From the NCBI GenBank assembly GCA_030704615.1, contig CM060731.1, positions 81,902,001 to 81,966,000 on the forward strand: 64,000 nt of DNA, in the 5' to 3' direction. Position numbers and translations under genes: made by a program. The notes below the pieces were generated by a model, which was not told the DNA's origin, did no database searches, and saw nothing but the letters and a program-made list of their open reading frames with translations. Shown piece after piece: positions 38,148 to 50,500 of this stretch; within the stretch, counting starts at the first letter, position 1, and every line of letters starts with the position of its first letter. Source of the DNA: Takakia lepidozioides. Its lineage: Eukaryota; Plantae; Bryophyta.

Positions 38148-38790
38148 TCAAGAATTCTTCAAGTTAGCTGGTTGAGTGAACCTTTGATAGTTTGGAGTGA
38201 CTTTGACATAATGCTGCCAAAGTGACAACAGAAAAGTATCCAGAAATAGGTAACAGAGAGGAGAAGCTGTGGAATGAATACTTTTCTGACCCCAGTCAAT
38301 GGTGGGACAACCGTCTTGGAAGGTAAATGCCTTTGGATTACAGAGTGGTAAATGTAATTGAGAACAGGAATTGGTGTGATAAGTTGAGTTGGGTGCTTGC
38401 TGGAACAAATCTAGGCTGCCATTGTCAGCTGCTAACAGCAATGCAAGGATGTATGCATGATCTGTGCAGAGGCATGGATAGCTGAAGGAGCAGGGATAGA
38501 GTGTCATCCAAGAGGGCGGATTTCAAGCTCCAGATTACTTATGATTCCCTGTGGAAGGATAGCTACAAGAAACCTGCATGGGTAGATGGTACATAGTTTG
38601 GAGTGATTTTGACATGATACTGCCAAAATGACAATAGGAAAGTATCCAAAAACATGTAACAGAGATGAGGAGAAGCTGTGGAATGAATGCTTTTCTGACC
38701 CCAGTCAAGGGTGGGACAACCGAGGGAAAAAGGTGAATGTCTATTACATTACAGAGAGTAGGAGACGCAACTCAGCATAGACACTAAGGC
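38148..38790 (+). repeat. Dispersed copy of the PPR N-terminal leader module
   Basis: Matches 22425-22800 (ttcaagctccagattac..tatgattccctgtggaaggatagctacaagaaacctgcatgggtagatgg). Confidence 0.8.
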
Positions 38791-39089
38791 AAACTCTCCT
38801 TCCCTGCAAAGGGTGTGTTTTGGTATCTGAGCGAATAAATATAGTTTTTAAAAACATAATTTCAATATTTTGTTATTTAATAATATTCTCATCAAGGCCA
38901 CTGTCCATTTTCCCTATAATAATAATAATAATAACAATAAATTAAATCCATTAATATTCAAACTTAATATTGGAAATCCATTAATAATTAATTAATGCGT
39001 ACCACCACACAGGAACGAACACGTGTTGCATAGTGACTTGTCGAAGGTGTGAAATATGACACGTGTCGCATAGTGGCTTGTTCAAGGTG

Positions 39090-39376
39090 TGAAATCCGCC
39101 GTGAAACATGCCACACTGGCATTTTTCACACTCTGCCATGTCAGCTATGCCATCGGCCATGTCAGCGGCCATGTCACCATGCACCCCGTGAAAAAAGCCT
39201 CCCGTGGAAAAAGCCTCCCGTGGACTTTTCCACAGGGCCACCCGAGAGCCAGACCGTCCACGGGGTGTCCGAAAGCACTAGTCGTTTCTTACACCCACGG
39301 CAGGTGTGGACTGCGGCTGATTCCACAGCAAAAAATGTGGAAAAAGCCGTGGAAAAAGCCGGTTTCACTTCTAGTG
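39090..39376. mobile_element. Orphan CACTA terminus with subterminal repeats
   Basis: Ends ..TTCACTTCTAGTG (reverse complement CACTAGAAG); repeated ccgtggaaaaagcc/ttccac motifs; partner end not found. Confidence 0.6.
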
Positions 39377-40015
39377 AATGCCGCCAAGGTCACCCAACAA
39401 CTCCTTCATTGTGCCTTCATCAACCTCAGCTTGCTCCTGTAGCCACGGAATGGAGGAAGAACTGGTAAGGTCGGCCATTGAAAAGGAAGCGGACTGCAAG
39501 GAGAGGGAAGTCAGAAGCACAATGTGATGGGCAGCTCAAAGGAGTAAGAAATGAGAGGGCGATGGAAAGAGGCAACTGAGAAACGACCTAGAATCCAGGA
39601 CTCCTTAGTGCCACTTATGGAGCTGCGACGTATGTTTCATTTGTATATATGTATGTGTTACATGGTTCATGATATTGTGTCAGTTCGAGTCAGGTCATTC
39701 TGAATGTAGTACATGATAGGGAGCGGGAAAATGGACATTCGAGCGGAGGGCCAAACATTTCCTTAGCAGGTTGACGTGGTAGAAGAATGATCTTTGTGTA
39801 CACATGTTGCTTATCCCACATTTTATGGTAATTACAGTGTGGTGAAAACATGGTGTTGACTTCCAGTTAGTGTTGATGTAAAAGTGTCTTGTTCAAATAT
39901 GACCACGTTGTGGATACATAGCAATTGTTGTTGTGCATGGGGTGCACGGACCTGTGCATGATAAGGGATGAGGATCTTACTTGATGACTGAAGATGTCCA
40001 TTAATTTGTTTCAGT

Positions 40016-41070
40016 TTATAGGGGAGTGCCAGTGCACGTTACAAACTGATCCTCAACTGACATGAAATCTGGTCGAATGTGAGACAAAGGCTTACTTGGT
40101 GACTGAAATTGTACATTATAGTGCCGGTGCATGTTTGAAAACAAACTTTGAACTGAGATGAAAGAGGTCCACATTATGTTGCTAACAAAGACGTTGAACA
40201 TGTAAACCCTGCCGTCCAGAGCATAGTCCATAGCATGCGGATTGAAGAGCGGGGAGTATAATCCCTTCTAAACAGCAGAGGCATCAGTCAATACAAATTG
40301 TGATTGTAGGGAGAGTACCTAACACATAATTTCAAAATTACGGAACTATATGAGAGCTCACATGCCAGGACAAGGCATATATGTGCGCACGTATCCAACA
40401 GTTTCCATCTCCCCTGCTGAGAGGTGACATCATTGTCCCTGCACAGTGAAATGGTCGAATTCATGCTGTCAGTGGATCTGCATCAGGATTGCACTTTACA
40501 AACTGAATTTCAGGAAGTGTAGGGCAGTACCTTCATGCCTTTCACCCTGTGTATAGCCTCTTCCTCGTCCTACAATCTGCGGGTGCGGGGCCTGCATTGT
40601 GATTGTGCCCATGCCTCTCCAAAAAGTCTTTGAAGCGTACGAGGGACTTTCCCTTCCCATCATCAACAACAGTCATAACTGGCTCTTCACCAGGGTATTG
40701 AAGGCCCTCCTCCATCATGGCAGTCAAGTCCAGAATCTTTCCCTTTGCAGCTCTCACGAGGGCAAGCAGATGTTGCTGGAGGAAGTCATTATTCTGTGTC
40801 AATTCAAGAATACTCTGCCATTCTGTAGAAATTGAGGCCATGAGGTTAATATGCAGACATAGAAGGGGATTTCAGGTTCCCATGATAAGCTTCAATGGCA
40901 GCATTAGTATCTTGAGAGGCATGGGGAATGTTCTGTGTTCCGGTGATCCACATTTTAGCTTTGGGAAGCCATTCGGTCTCCATGTAGTTGCAGAAATCAG
41001 TCTCAGAAGGATACTTCTCCCGCAATGAAAGTATCTTGTATACTGCCCACAGGGGTGCCAGCACAAGCAC
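40016..41070 (-). pseudogene. MULE-type transposase remnant with a downstream OTU-like motif
   Basis: FCNYMETEWLPKAKMW...DTNAAIEAYHGNLKS resembles the Mutator TNNxxEsxH motif; RGDGNCWIRA at ~40385-40415. Confidence 0.55.
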
Positions 41071-42307
41071 CTATCGATTAAATAGGAAAAACGATACTAA
41101 TCATGGTACATACTAAGGTGGTCTGACCATAGCTTGGTGTTTATTGGGCCATGCCTTAACCCTTAACCCCAAGGACGAGCTAACTTCCCAAAAAGTGGGG
41201 GATTGTTCCCAAAAAGTGGGCCATACCCTCCATTGTTGAGTAACTTCTTACCCCCTTACGTCCAGCTGGATGAACCGTTCCATTTCATCCCTACCTACTA
41301 CATGAAGGTCCTCAGAAAAATGTAGCACTTTTGACTATTCCATTTAGTAGATTATAACCAAAAAAAATTGAACAAGTTGAAACCATGAACGAAAAAAGAG
41401 AGGAAAAATTGCTTTGACCATGCAAGTTTGGTGATTTTACATTTTTTCTTGAAGAAATGGCCTCTAGAATTTGGATAAGGGGCAACCAACAGGTCATCTC
41501 CCAGAATCTCAGACCAAAATGCCAAAAATATGGGGGGTTGCTTTGTATGTGAAATCTGGGGGGAAAAAAATATTGTTTGGGCTTCTTTCCCATCCAATTC
41601 CTCTGGTAAGTGTAACATTTCATGGTGCCTTGTCAAATTTTTTTGGCATTATGATAAATTTTCAGCCCTAGATGTTATCTTGAAGATTGCCCATTTGACT
41701 GCCACATAGGCAGGTCAATGGTGCTCTAACATCGGATTTCATGAAACCCTGGCACTTTGCAAAATTCTAGGGAGCTCAGCTTTTATGATTTTTTGGCGCT
41801 GTAAATTCCCACGTGTGACATGTACAATTCATCTTCAAGGTTCACTTCCATCCAATATCATCCATGGGAATTGGAGCGTGGCAAGTAATCTTACACGACC
41901 CGAATCGGGTAGCATCGTCCTTTAGGGGGTAAAGGACGAGCTATTTTTTGGTGCGCCCACTAAAAAAGGGTGCATACCCTTATGGACGAGGGTGTAACTT
42001 CTTACCCCCAATCATCCATGGGGATGAACCTTATACTTATGTGCATATCTACTAGATCCATGTCCTGTCAAAAATATAGGCAAATTGACCGTTGCATTTG
42101 GGAAATTATAACAAAACTAATATGCCCCAATTTGTAAATATATTCAAAAATTGCATGGGAAAAATTGTTTGACCACAAAATTGAAGTATGAATTTTACAA
42201 GAGACACCACCATAAATCTAAGCTTTGGCAATTTACGGTGGACGATTTATCTTTGCTCGTGGCATTAACAAATTTAAATTAATGTAAATATTATGGCATG
42301 GCCCTCG

Positions 42308-42700
42308 TGTAACTGACACTTTATATTGACCTTTATGTCTTTCTCTTAGAGCTGGTTCCATGGCTCGTTGCAAGAAAGCTTAGGGTTCAAGGAGACACAA
42401 ACACTAGCTTGGTGTGGCTAAACCCATGGGAGAAATGACTAAACTAAGGAAGCCATGAAATAAATATTCCTAGAATATTCTTGAATTTTTGAAACTCATT
42501 GGGAACCTATAAAGAACATCAAAAAACCTATTGGGAACCATGGTGGCACGGGCCATAGGGTGGCCATGGTGGCACGGACCATAGGGTGACCATGCACAGA
42601 ATATTCTGGGAATATTCCATAGAATATTTGGGAACCTATTGGGAATTTTAGGAACTCATTGGGAACATTGGGAACCTATTTGGAACCATGGTGGCGTCGA
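42308..42700 (+). repeat. Repeat fragment related to the 5' region of the DNMT-bearing element, followed by short tandem repeats
   Basis: 42360-42457 aligns by eye to the reverse complement of 5671-5772; followed by gggaacctatt and ccatggtggcac repeats. Confidence 0.6.
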
Positions 42701-43473
42701 ACATGAAGGTCAATGGATGATTATGAGGCTACGGATGAAATTTAATGTTCTTGGATGAAAAATTTGCATGATTTGTTAGAGGCCTTTGGAGGTTTGTTGG
42801 CTCCTCCCTCAATAGGAGACCACATATCAATGTTGGAAACGAAGACAACCAAGCTGTAGCCCAGTGGTAATGGGCACATACCAACTTGGAAGTGGTTGTG
42901 GGTTCAATCCACTCTTGGTGTCACAAAGGTATCCACTTTCCTAACGGAAGGCAGTAACCCTTCGGGGTGAAGAGACACCATAATTTATACTTCCTTGGGG
43001 AGGCGTCAAATATTATATTATTATATTATTGGAAATGAAGGATGATCGTGATATACCTTCACCAGAGAACACCCAAACATAACAGATATACCTTCGCTAG
43101 TTAACATTGCTCTTGATATTGTATTGTTTTTTGTTTATGTGAAATATATTTTTAACTAGTAACAGCCACTAGTAAATGGTTGGAGACCTCCGAAAGCCGG
43201 TCGCTGTTTCTTCTTCCTTGCTCTCTCGTTCACAAAAAACCTGGCTTTCGTCATTCTGGGATGTGGGCGTGGAGGAATTGGTGCGATTCATTCTCACATG
43301 CAGGAGATTGCACCATGAACATGCGCATGCTATCACGACCACCCTTTTTGTCATTTCCATCCCTTGATTCTCAAGTTGGGCTGTGTAGCAATTCGAACCC
43401 TAACGAAAATCCTCATATCCAAGAACAGAATGGTCTCGAGCAAGGTCACCAAAAGAACGCACATGAAAGCTCA

Positions 43474-44113
43474 TGTCACGGACATAGCCCAGAGGAACTT
43501 ACCAGGAATAAATACCAGAAGTTACCAAGTTATCATGTTACTGGAAGGTACCATGACTTATCATGATTTACCATGATCTACCATGATTTACCATTAGTTA
43601 TCAAGTTACCGAGAGTTTACCAAATTACCAAGAGTAACTTGGGAAACTGTTCAGGAAGCTTCTTTTGGAGGAAACTTCTCCATCAAGATACCTCTTTTGT
43701 TTAAGGAAGCTTCTCCATCAAGAAACATTTGTTTAATCTTGTAAACTTCTCCATCAAGAAACCTCTATAGGGAAAGCTTCTTAAGGAAGCTTTCTAGTAG
43801 CCAGTATATATAAGAGGCGAGACTTGACACTTTTCAGTCTCGCCAACACAAGTTCAAGCTACTCCAGTCCCAGTACTCCAATCCAGCTTCCAGTACTCGA
43901 GTCCAGTTTCCAATATCTGGTACCCCAGTCCAGTTCCCAGCATTCCAGTATTGGAGTCGAGTTCCAGTATCTTGAACTTTTGTCCATTGTTATAAAGATC
44001 ATCTTGATTCATGTTTACCCACCATGCATTCGGCCACGCCGACCTTGACTTCTTGTCTAGTCTTGTACCTCTAGTCTGATCTCTTGTTTGTGTTCAATCA
44101 CTCGTCCCTGACA
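43474..44113 (+). repeat. 5' LTR
   Basis: TG...CA termini, TATA at 43805, similar to 52431-53077. Confidence 0.95.
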
Positions 44114-44126
44114 GTTTGGCGAGACT
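44114..44126 (+). promoter_or_regulatory. Self-priming primer-binding site
   Basis: TTGGCGAGACT (44116-44126) is the exact reverse complement of AGTCTCGCCAA (43836-43846), 31 nt downstream of the LTR TATA start. Confidence 0.8.
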
Positions 44127-44151
44127 AAAGTTTGTTCCTTAGTTAGTTAAG

Positions 44152-45210
44152 ATGGAAGACACATTTGCGAAAATGGTTGCCACATTGCAGAGTCTTCAGC
44201 TCCAGATGCAAGAACTCCGTGCCTCTACTGCCCAGCTACAAGCTGATCAGTCTCAAGATCTTGGCAACGCTCTCAACGATTTGCAACAACAAATTTCAGA
44301 GTTGAAGGAATTGAACAATGGATCTTCAACCTTACGAGTCCCTACTACAACAAATCCTACTGCAACGGTTCCTCCAAATCTTCAACAGATTACAAGGGAA
44401 CCAAAGGTCAGCATGCCCGATAAATTTGATGGTACGAGATCAAGATTTCGCGGTTTTGTTCAACAAGTACGATTGTTCTTACGATTATATCTACAACGCT
44501 ACCCTGATGAAGGTATTCAAGTGGGATTCGTGGGCACCCTTCTATTAGGCACTGCCCTATCTTGGTTTGCACAGCTATTAGAGAAAAAATCGCATTTACT
44601 ATACAATTTTGAAGCATTCATGTCCGAGTTCACTACAACGTTTAGAGAGAATGATAGAGAGAGAGTTGCAGAGACCAAAGATACGAAATCTTTGACAATG
44701 AGCACTCATGCTTTCGTTTATGCTGCCGAATATCGACAACTTGCGTGCGACCTCGACTGGAATGAGAAGAGCCTCATTAGTCAGTTTCGATGTGGCCTAA
44801 AAGAGGATGTAAAAGATTTGTTGCTGACAATGCCAAACGTGAGTACACTGAACGAATTCATCACCCAAGTCATTGCATGCGATAATCGTTTGTTCGAAAG
44901 ACGTCAAGAGAAGCGATCTGGATGGTCGACGAGTCACCATGCCGCTGCTACTACGGCACCAAATACAACGCTCCATCAGATATCCGGTAATGATCCTATG
45001 CAGATTGATGTTGTCCGATTCAAGCCATTGACGCCACAAGAAAAACAAAGATGGCGCTCGAATGGATTATGCCTTTATTGCGGAAAAGATGATCACATAG
45101 CATTAAACTGCCATAACAAGAGAAGATTCAAAGCTCGGGACATAACTCAAGTGTTCGATACGAGGAGGTCAGAAAACGAAGATGTCCAGCCGCATGGTCA
45201 GGACATTTCG
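44152..45210 (+). CDS. Gag of the chromovirus
   Basis: [20 protein letters not shown] and [16 protein letters not shown] motifs. Confidence 0.9.
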
Positions 45211-45219
45211 CACAAGGTC

Positions 45220-47553
45220 AGGACATTTCGAATACAGTGTTATGCATTTCGGTCTTACAAATGCTCCAACAATTTTTCAACACATGATGAATGACATCTT
45301 TTGAGAATTTTTAGATGACTTTGTAGTCATCTATTTGAACGACATTTTGATATTTTCATAGATTGAAGAAGAACATAGTCGCCATGTACGCCTTGTCCTT
45401 GATAAATTGAGAGAAAAATGACTATATGTCATGTTGGAAAAATGTATTTTCCACCAATCTGAAGTCAAATTTTTTGTGCTACATTATTTCCGACAAATGA
45501 GTCTTTATGGATCAGAAGAAAATACAAAACATCATCGAGTGGATTAAACCATTTTTGGTTCGAGATGTACAATGTTTTCTAGGATTTGCAAATTTCTATA
45601 GAATCTTCATCAATGACTACTCCAAAATTGCTGCACCAATGACACAACTCATAGGGAAGGACAAATCTGTATGGGACGAGAAGGCTGACCAAACATTTGA
45701 AAGGCTGAAGCAGACATTTACAACGTCTCCAATACTGGTACATGCAGACCCATCTAAACTATTCTTTGTGGAAGCAGATACATCGGACTTTGCACTTGGC
45801 GCGGTACTCTCTCAATACGGTACAGATGGCCGACTTCACCCTGTTGGTTTTCGTTCTCGCAAATTTTCCGCTGCGGAGATCAATTATGAAATCCATGACA
45901 AAGAACTTCTAGCGATTATCGATGCTTTTGAAGAGTGGCGTCATCCATTGGAGGGAGCTCAACATCAGGTCACTGTCTATACTGATCACAAAAACCTCGA
46001 GTATTTTATGAGTACTCGTGTTTTGAATCGACGTCAAGCGAGATGGAGTATGTCACTAGCAAGGTTTGATTTTGTTATTACCTACCGTCCCGGACATCTT
46101 CAAGGAAAACCAGATGCTCTTTCTCGACGATCGTATCTTGCGCCAAAAGAAGGGGATGCAGCTTTTGACCAACAAAAATCCATCATCTTGAAACTAGCAA
46201 ATCTCCAATTGAATATGTTATCCATGTCCACCTATGACGATGTAGAAATCATAAAGGAGATTCAGGAAGCGCTGAAGAGCGACCATTTTGCTACGACACT
46301 ACGAAGTCAACTAAATCAACCTCGAGACAAACCACATGTTACAAACGACTTCGAATTCAAAGATGACCTACTTTATTTTAGGGGACTGCTCTATGTACCT
46401 CCTGGACCTATACAACTTTGAATTCTTCAAACATGTCATAATCTTCCGGCTGCAAGACATTTCGGCTTCAACAAAACAATGGAATTGATATCCAGGGACT
46501 ATTGGTGGCCGCAGATGTGGAAACTCGTGAAAGAATTTATAAAATCTTGTGACACGTATGCTAGAGCAAAGGGACCACGACATCGACCTTACGGCCTTCT
46601 TCAACCATTACACATTCTCAAGGGTCCATGGTCGTCCGTGTCTATGGACTTTATTACGGACTTTCCAATTTCCAAGATCACCGATTCAATCTTTGTTATT
46701 GTAGATCGTTTTATGAAGATGACACATTTCATTCCATGTAATAAGACGGTTACCGACGAGGAAACTGTAAGACTCTTCCTCAATAATATCTACCGCATTC
46801 ATGGACTCTCGAAGGACATCGTATCTGATCGAGGACCACAGTTCATATCAAATTTCTGGAGGGGATTATTTCACATATTGGATACTAAGATCAACCTCTA
46901 CAGCTAATCATCCACAGACTGATGGTCAAACCGAACGTGTAAACCAGATTTTGGAGCAGTATTTTCGCTGTACGATAAATTATCACCAAGATAATTGGAC
47001 GGACCTTCTGTCATTGGCTGAGTTTGCCTACAACAACACTATACATTCTTCGACCAAGCAAACTCCATTTTTCTCCAATTATGGTCATCATCCTCGAACA
47101 AACCCTTTCCACATGAAAACTGTTGGAAGCCCTGTTGCAGAAAACCTTGCTACTCATCTTGCTACGATTCACAAAGAGCTTACATCCCACCTCGCAGAAG
47201 TTCAACAATAATACAAGCAGTATGCAGATCAACGTCGTCAACTCCAACCCCACTTCAAGGTCGAAGATCGTGTGTGGTTTCTTTGACGGGACATACAAAC
47301 CTCGCGACCATCAAGGAAGTTAGATTATCAACGCTTGGGACCATTCAAAAAATTTCGACAAATAAATCCGGTCAGTTTTCGGCTTGAACTCCCACGAAGT
47401 ATGCGCATCCATCCAGTTTTTCATGTTTCATTATTGGAGTTGTATCATCCATCAAATATTCCAAGGAGAGTTTCCGTACCATCTCCACCAATAGAAGTCA
47501 ATCAGGAAATTGAATATGAAGTCGACGAAGTCCTAGACTGTCGCATCAAGTAT
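45220..47553 (+). pseudogene. Pol remnant (RT C-half, RNase H, integrase, first half of chromodomain)
   Basis: FGLTNAP, YLND (mutated YLDD), DTSDFALGAVL, NYEIHDKELLAI, SMDFITDFP, SDRGPQF, HPQTDGQTER, EYEVDEVLD; stops and frameshifts. Confidence 0.93.
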
Positions 47554-50500
47554 CACTACAACAGATAATCGTTTTTATGACTGCACATATGACTATTTTT
47601 TCAGTCCTATATGCGTTCATGACTACATCACTCTGTAGTGAAAAAAACCCTGTCATAGCGACTAATCTTTATGACTGCATTTTGCAAGTCATAGCCGTGA
47701 CTGCGTGCGTGGCACCTGGAGTCATGCATAAGAGAGTGATGTAGTTACAACTCTATGACTTACATACGACTAACTATATGACTACATGGTCTGATGAGCG
47801 TTGCCTACATGGAGAGGCTTTAGAGGAACACGTGCACCACTGCGCAAGCGACACGTCACGACACCTGTTGCACTTCAGATGTGACATGTGGCACTTAGAC
47901 ATAATATATGACTAGCATATATGGCAGGGTTTATGCCACGTGTCATCAAGAATGTCTTTGAAAATAATTTAATAGTTATATTTGTAATTTTAAATTCTTA
48001 AATTTATATTTTATTTTTGAAAACAGGGGATAGCAGCTTGGAAAATTTTAAAGGGTATTATTGTTTAATTTAATAATGTTATACAAGCTAAAAATAGATT
48101 AAATGATTTAAATTCTTCATTACATGGTGAAATTCTGATATAAAAACAGAATGGACCCCTCTTGCATACTAGCAACCACAAGGACATTCAAAATAGACAA
48201 GTACAGGGGAATACACGCCGTGTAAATGATATTACAAAAATCCAAATGAGACCAATGTCCCAATGGACACCTCAAAGACCACAAGGTCCAAAAATCCATG
48301 CCTGAAAAGGTCCAGTAAGCAAAAAATAAGCAAACCCACATATGGGCTGAATTGTTGTAATACTAGTTTGTTCTGGTGCTACTAGAATCAAGGACCCTAT
48401 TAAACAGTGCAATACTTACGGCCGATTTGATAAGAGGGAAAAACAGGGTGAAATGTGTTGAAGAAGGTGCCTTGATTAACAGTGCCTGATTTGATCAATT
48501 GTGCCGCTGTTGCTGCGGCTTCCAGTTGATCATCTACCCATGCAGGTTTCTTGTACCTATCCTTCCACAGGGAATCATAGGTAATATGGAGCTTGAAATC
48601 CGGCCCTCTTGGATGAATCTGGACCCACACATCTATCCCTGCTCCTTCAGCTATCCATGCCCCTGCACAAATCATGCATACATCCTCGCCTTGCTGCTAG
48701 CACCTGACAATGACAGCCTATAATTGCTTGAGCAAATACCCCAACCCTACCTATCACACTAGTTCATATGCTGACTTGCGTCTGCTTCCAACAGACATTC
48801 ACTTTTTGCCTCGATTGTTCCACCATTGACTGAGGTCGGGAACGTATTCATCCTAGAGCTTCTCCTCGAGTCTCTGTTATCTATTTATTGATACTTTCAT
48901 GTCGACCACATTGGCAGTAACATGTCAAAATCACTCCAAAACTACCATAGATCCACCAACGAGCTAACTTGCAGAATTCAACATTAAAATTTAGGGATGA
49001 CTCTGATAGCAAGGGAAAACAAGGTGAAATATGTTGAAGAATGTACCTTCATTAGCAGCGCCTTGTTTTATGAATTGTGCTGTTGCCGCTGCTGTTTCCA
49101 GTTGACCATCTACCCACTTGTAGCCGTTGTGAGCTATTGAAGAAGGTGCCCCCTTCCCCATCATTTGATCATAGGTCTCCATACCATGTCCCTGCTCTGC
49201 ATACCCTGCAAGCATTGCGTTCCATGACACCACATCTCGTTCAGCCATAGTGTTGAAAACTCCCTTCGCATCCTTAATGCACCCACACTTCGCATACATG
49301 TCCACCAGGGCAGTGTTCAGAATGACATCTGGTACAATTCCAGCTTTGATGATGTCACCATGGAGGTGAAGGTGAAGGTGGAGGTGAAGGTGCGCAACCT
49401 ACCAAAGAGAGGGCGGAGTTGAGGAAGGATGAAGCAACTACAGACATTGGGAAATGCTCTGATGCGGGCAGAAGGGAAGACCTAGGCCCTGTCGGGGTTC
49501 AGCTGGCAGAAGAACAAGCTGCTGACAGCAACAACATGGAAGTAGAGTGGATACAAATTGATTTTGACAAACCTGAGTCCATCAGACAAGGCATCAGAAG
49601 GCCCAAACAAAGAACACTGTGCAAAATCTGTAATAACATGAGACACAGTCGTCACACACTAACCCAACATGGGTCTTGGCAAACTTTCAGCAAAGCTGAA
49701 ACAATCACAGAAGCAAAAAAAGGGGCAGGACCTCAAGGGAAGATGTATGGAGTACCTTTTGCAATGATCAATGAGTACGTGGAAGGAGGAGAAGCTTACC
49801 CACTGCCAAGCACGGAGTACATGATGCAACCAACAGCACAAGTATCATGTTAGTTCACTCATAATGAGTGGAGGCACTGGATGAGTTGGACGAGATATAC
49901 CATATAAGTGATCACACTCCAATAAGACTACAACAACACCCCACATCAACATGTTGACACGGGAAAGTGCAAAGAAGGCCGAAATAGGGGATGGGATGCC
50001 TATTCTGCAGAAATCCAGCCAAGACATCAATGATTTAGGGCAAAAACATGGATTTGGTGAAGAAGAATGCATTGGCATGGACAACATCTACAGCTCAACA
50101 GGGTTTGAGCGCCAACCAGAGATATTCATGGGAGAGGGTGACAAAAGTGAGGAAGAAGCCAAAACACAAAGCCTTGACGCATTCACTGAAGACTGGGCAG
50201 ACAAACAGATAAGAGAAGACAGCTCGCAAGAAATAGATAAGAGGGAAAAACAGGGTGAAATGTGCTGAAGGAGGTGCCTTCGGTAGAAGTACCTGACCTT
50301 ATAAATTGTGCCGCTGCTGCTGCCGCTTCCAGTTGACCATCTACCCATGTAGGTTTCTTGTAGCTATCCTTCCACAGGGAATCATAGGTAATGTGGAGCT
50401 TGAAATCCAGCCCTCTTGGATGAATCTGGACCCACACTCTATCCCTACTCCTTCAGCTATCCATGCCTCTGACAGCCTAGAATTCTACCAGCAAACACCC

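Noticed and set aside
41150-42200. piggyBac-like end (TTAACCC) with two diverged ~300-bp direct repeats
   Set aside because: No matching inverted end or transposase; the family cannot be assigned.
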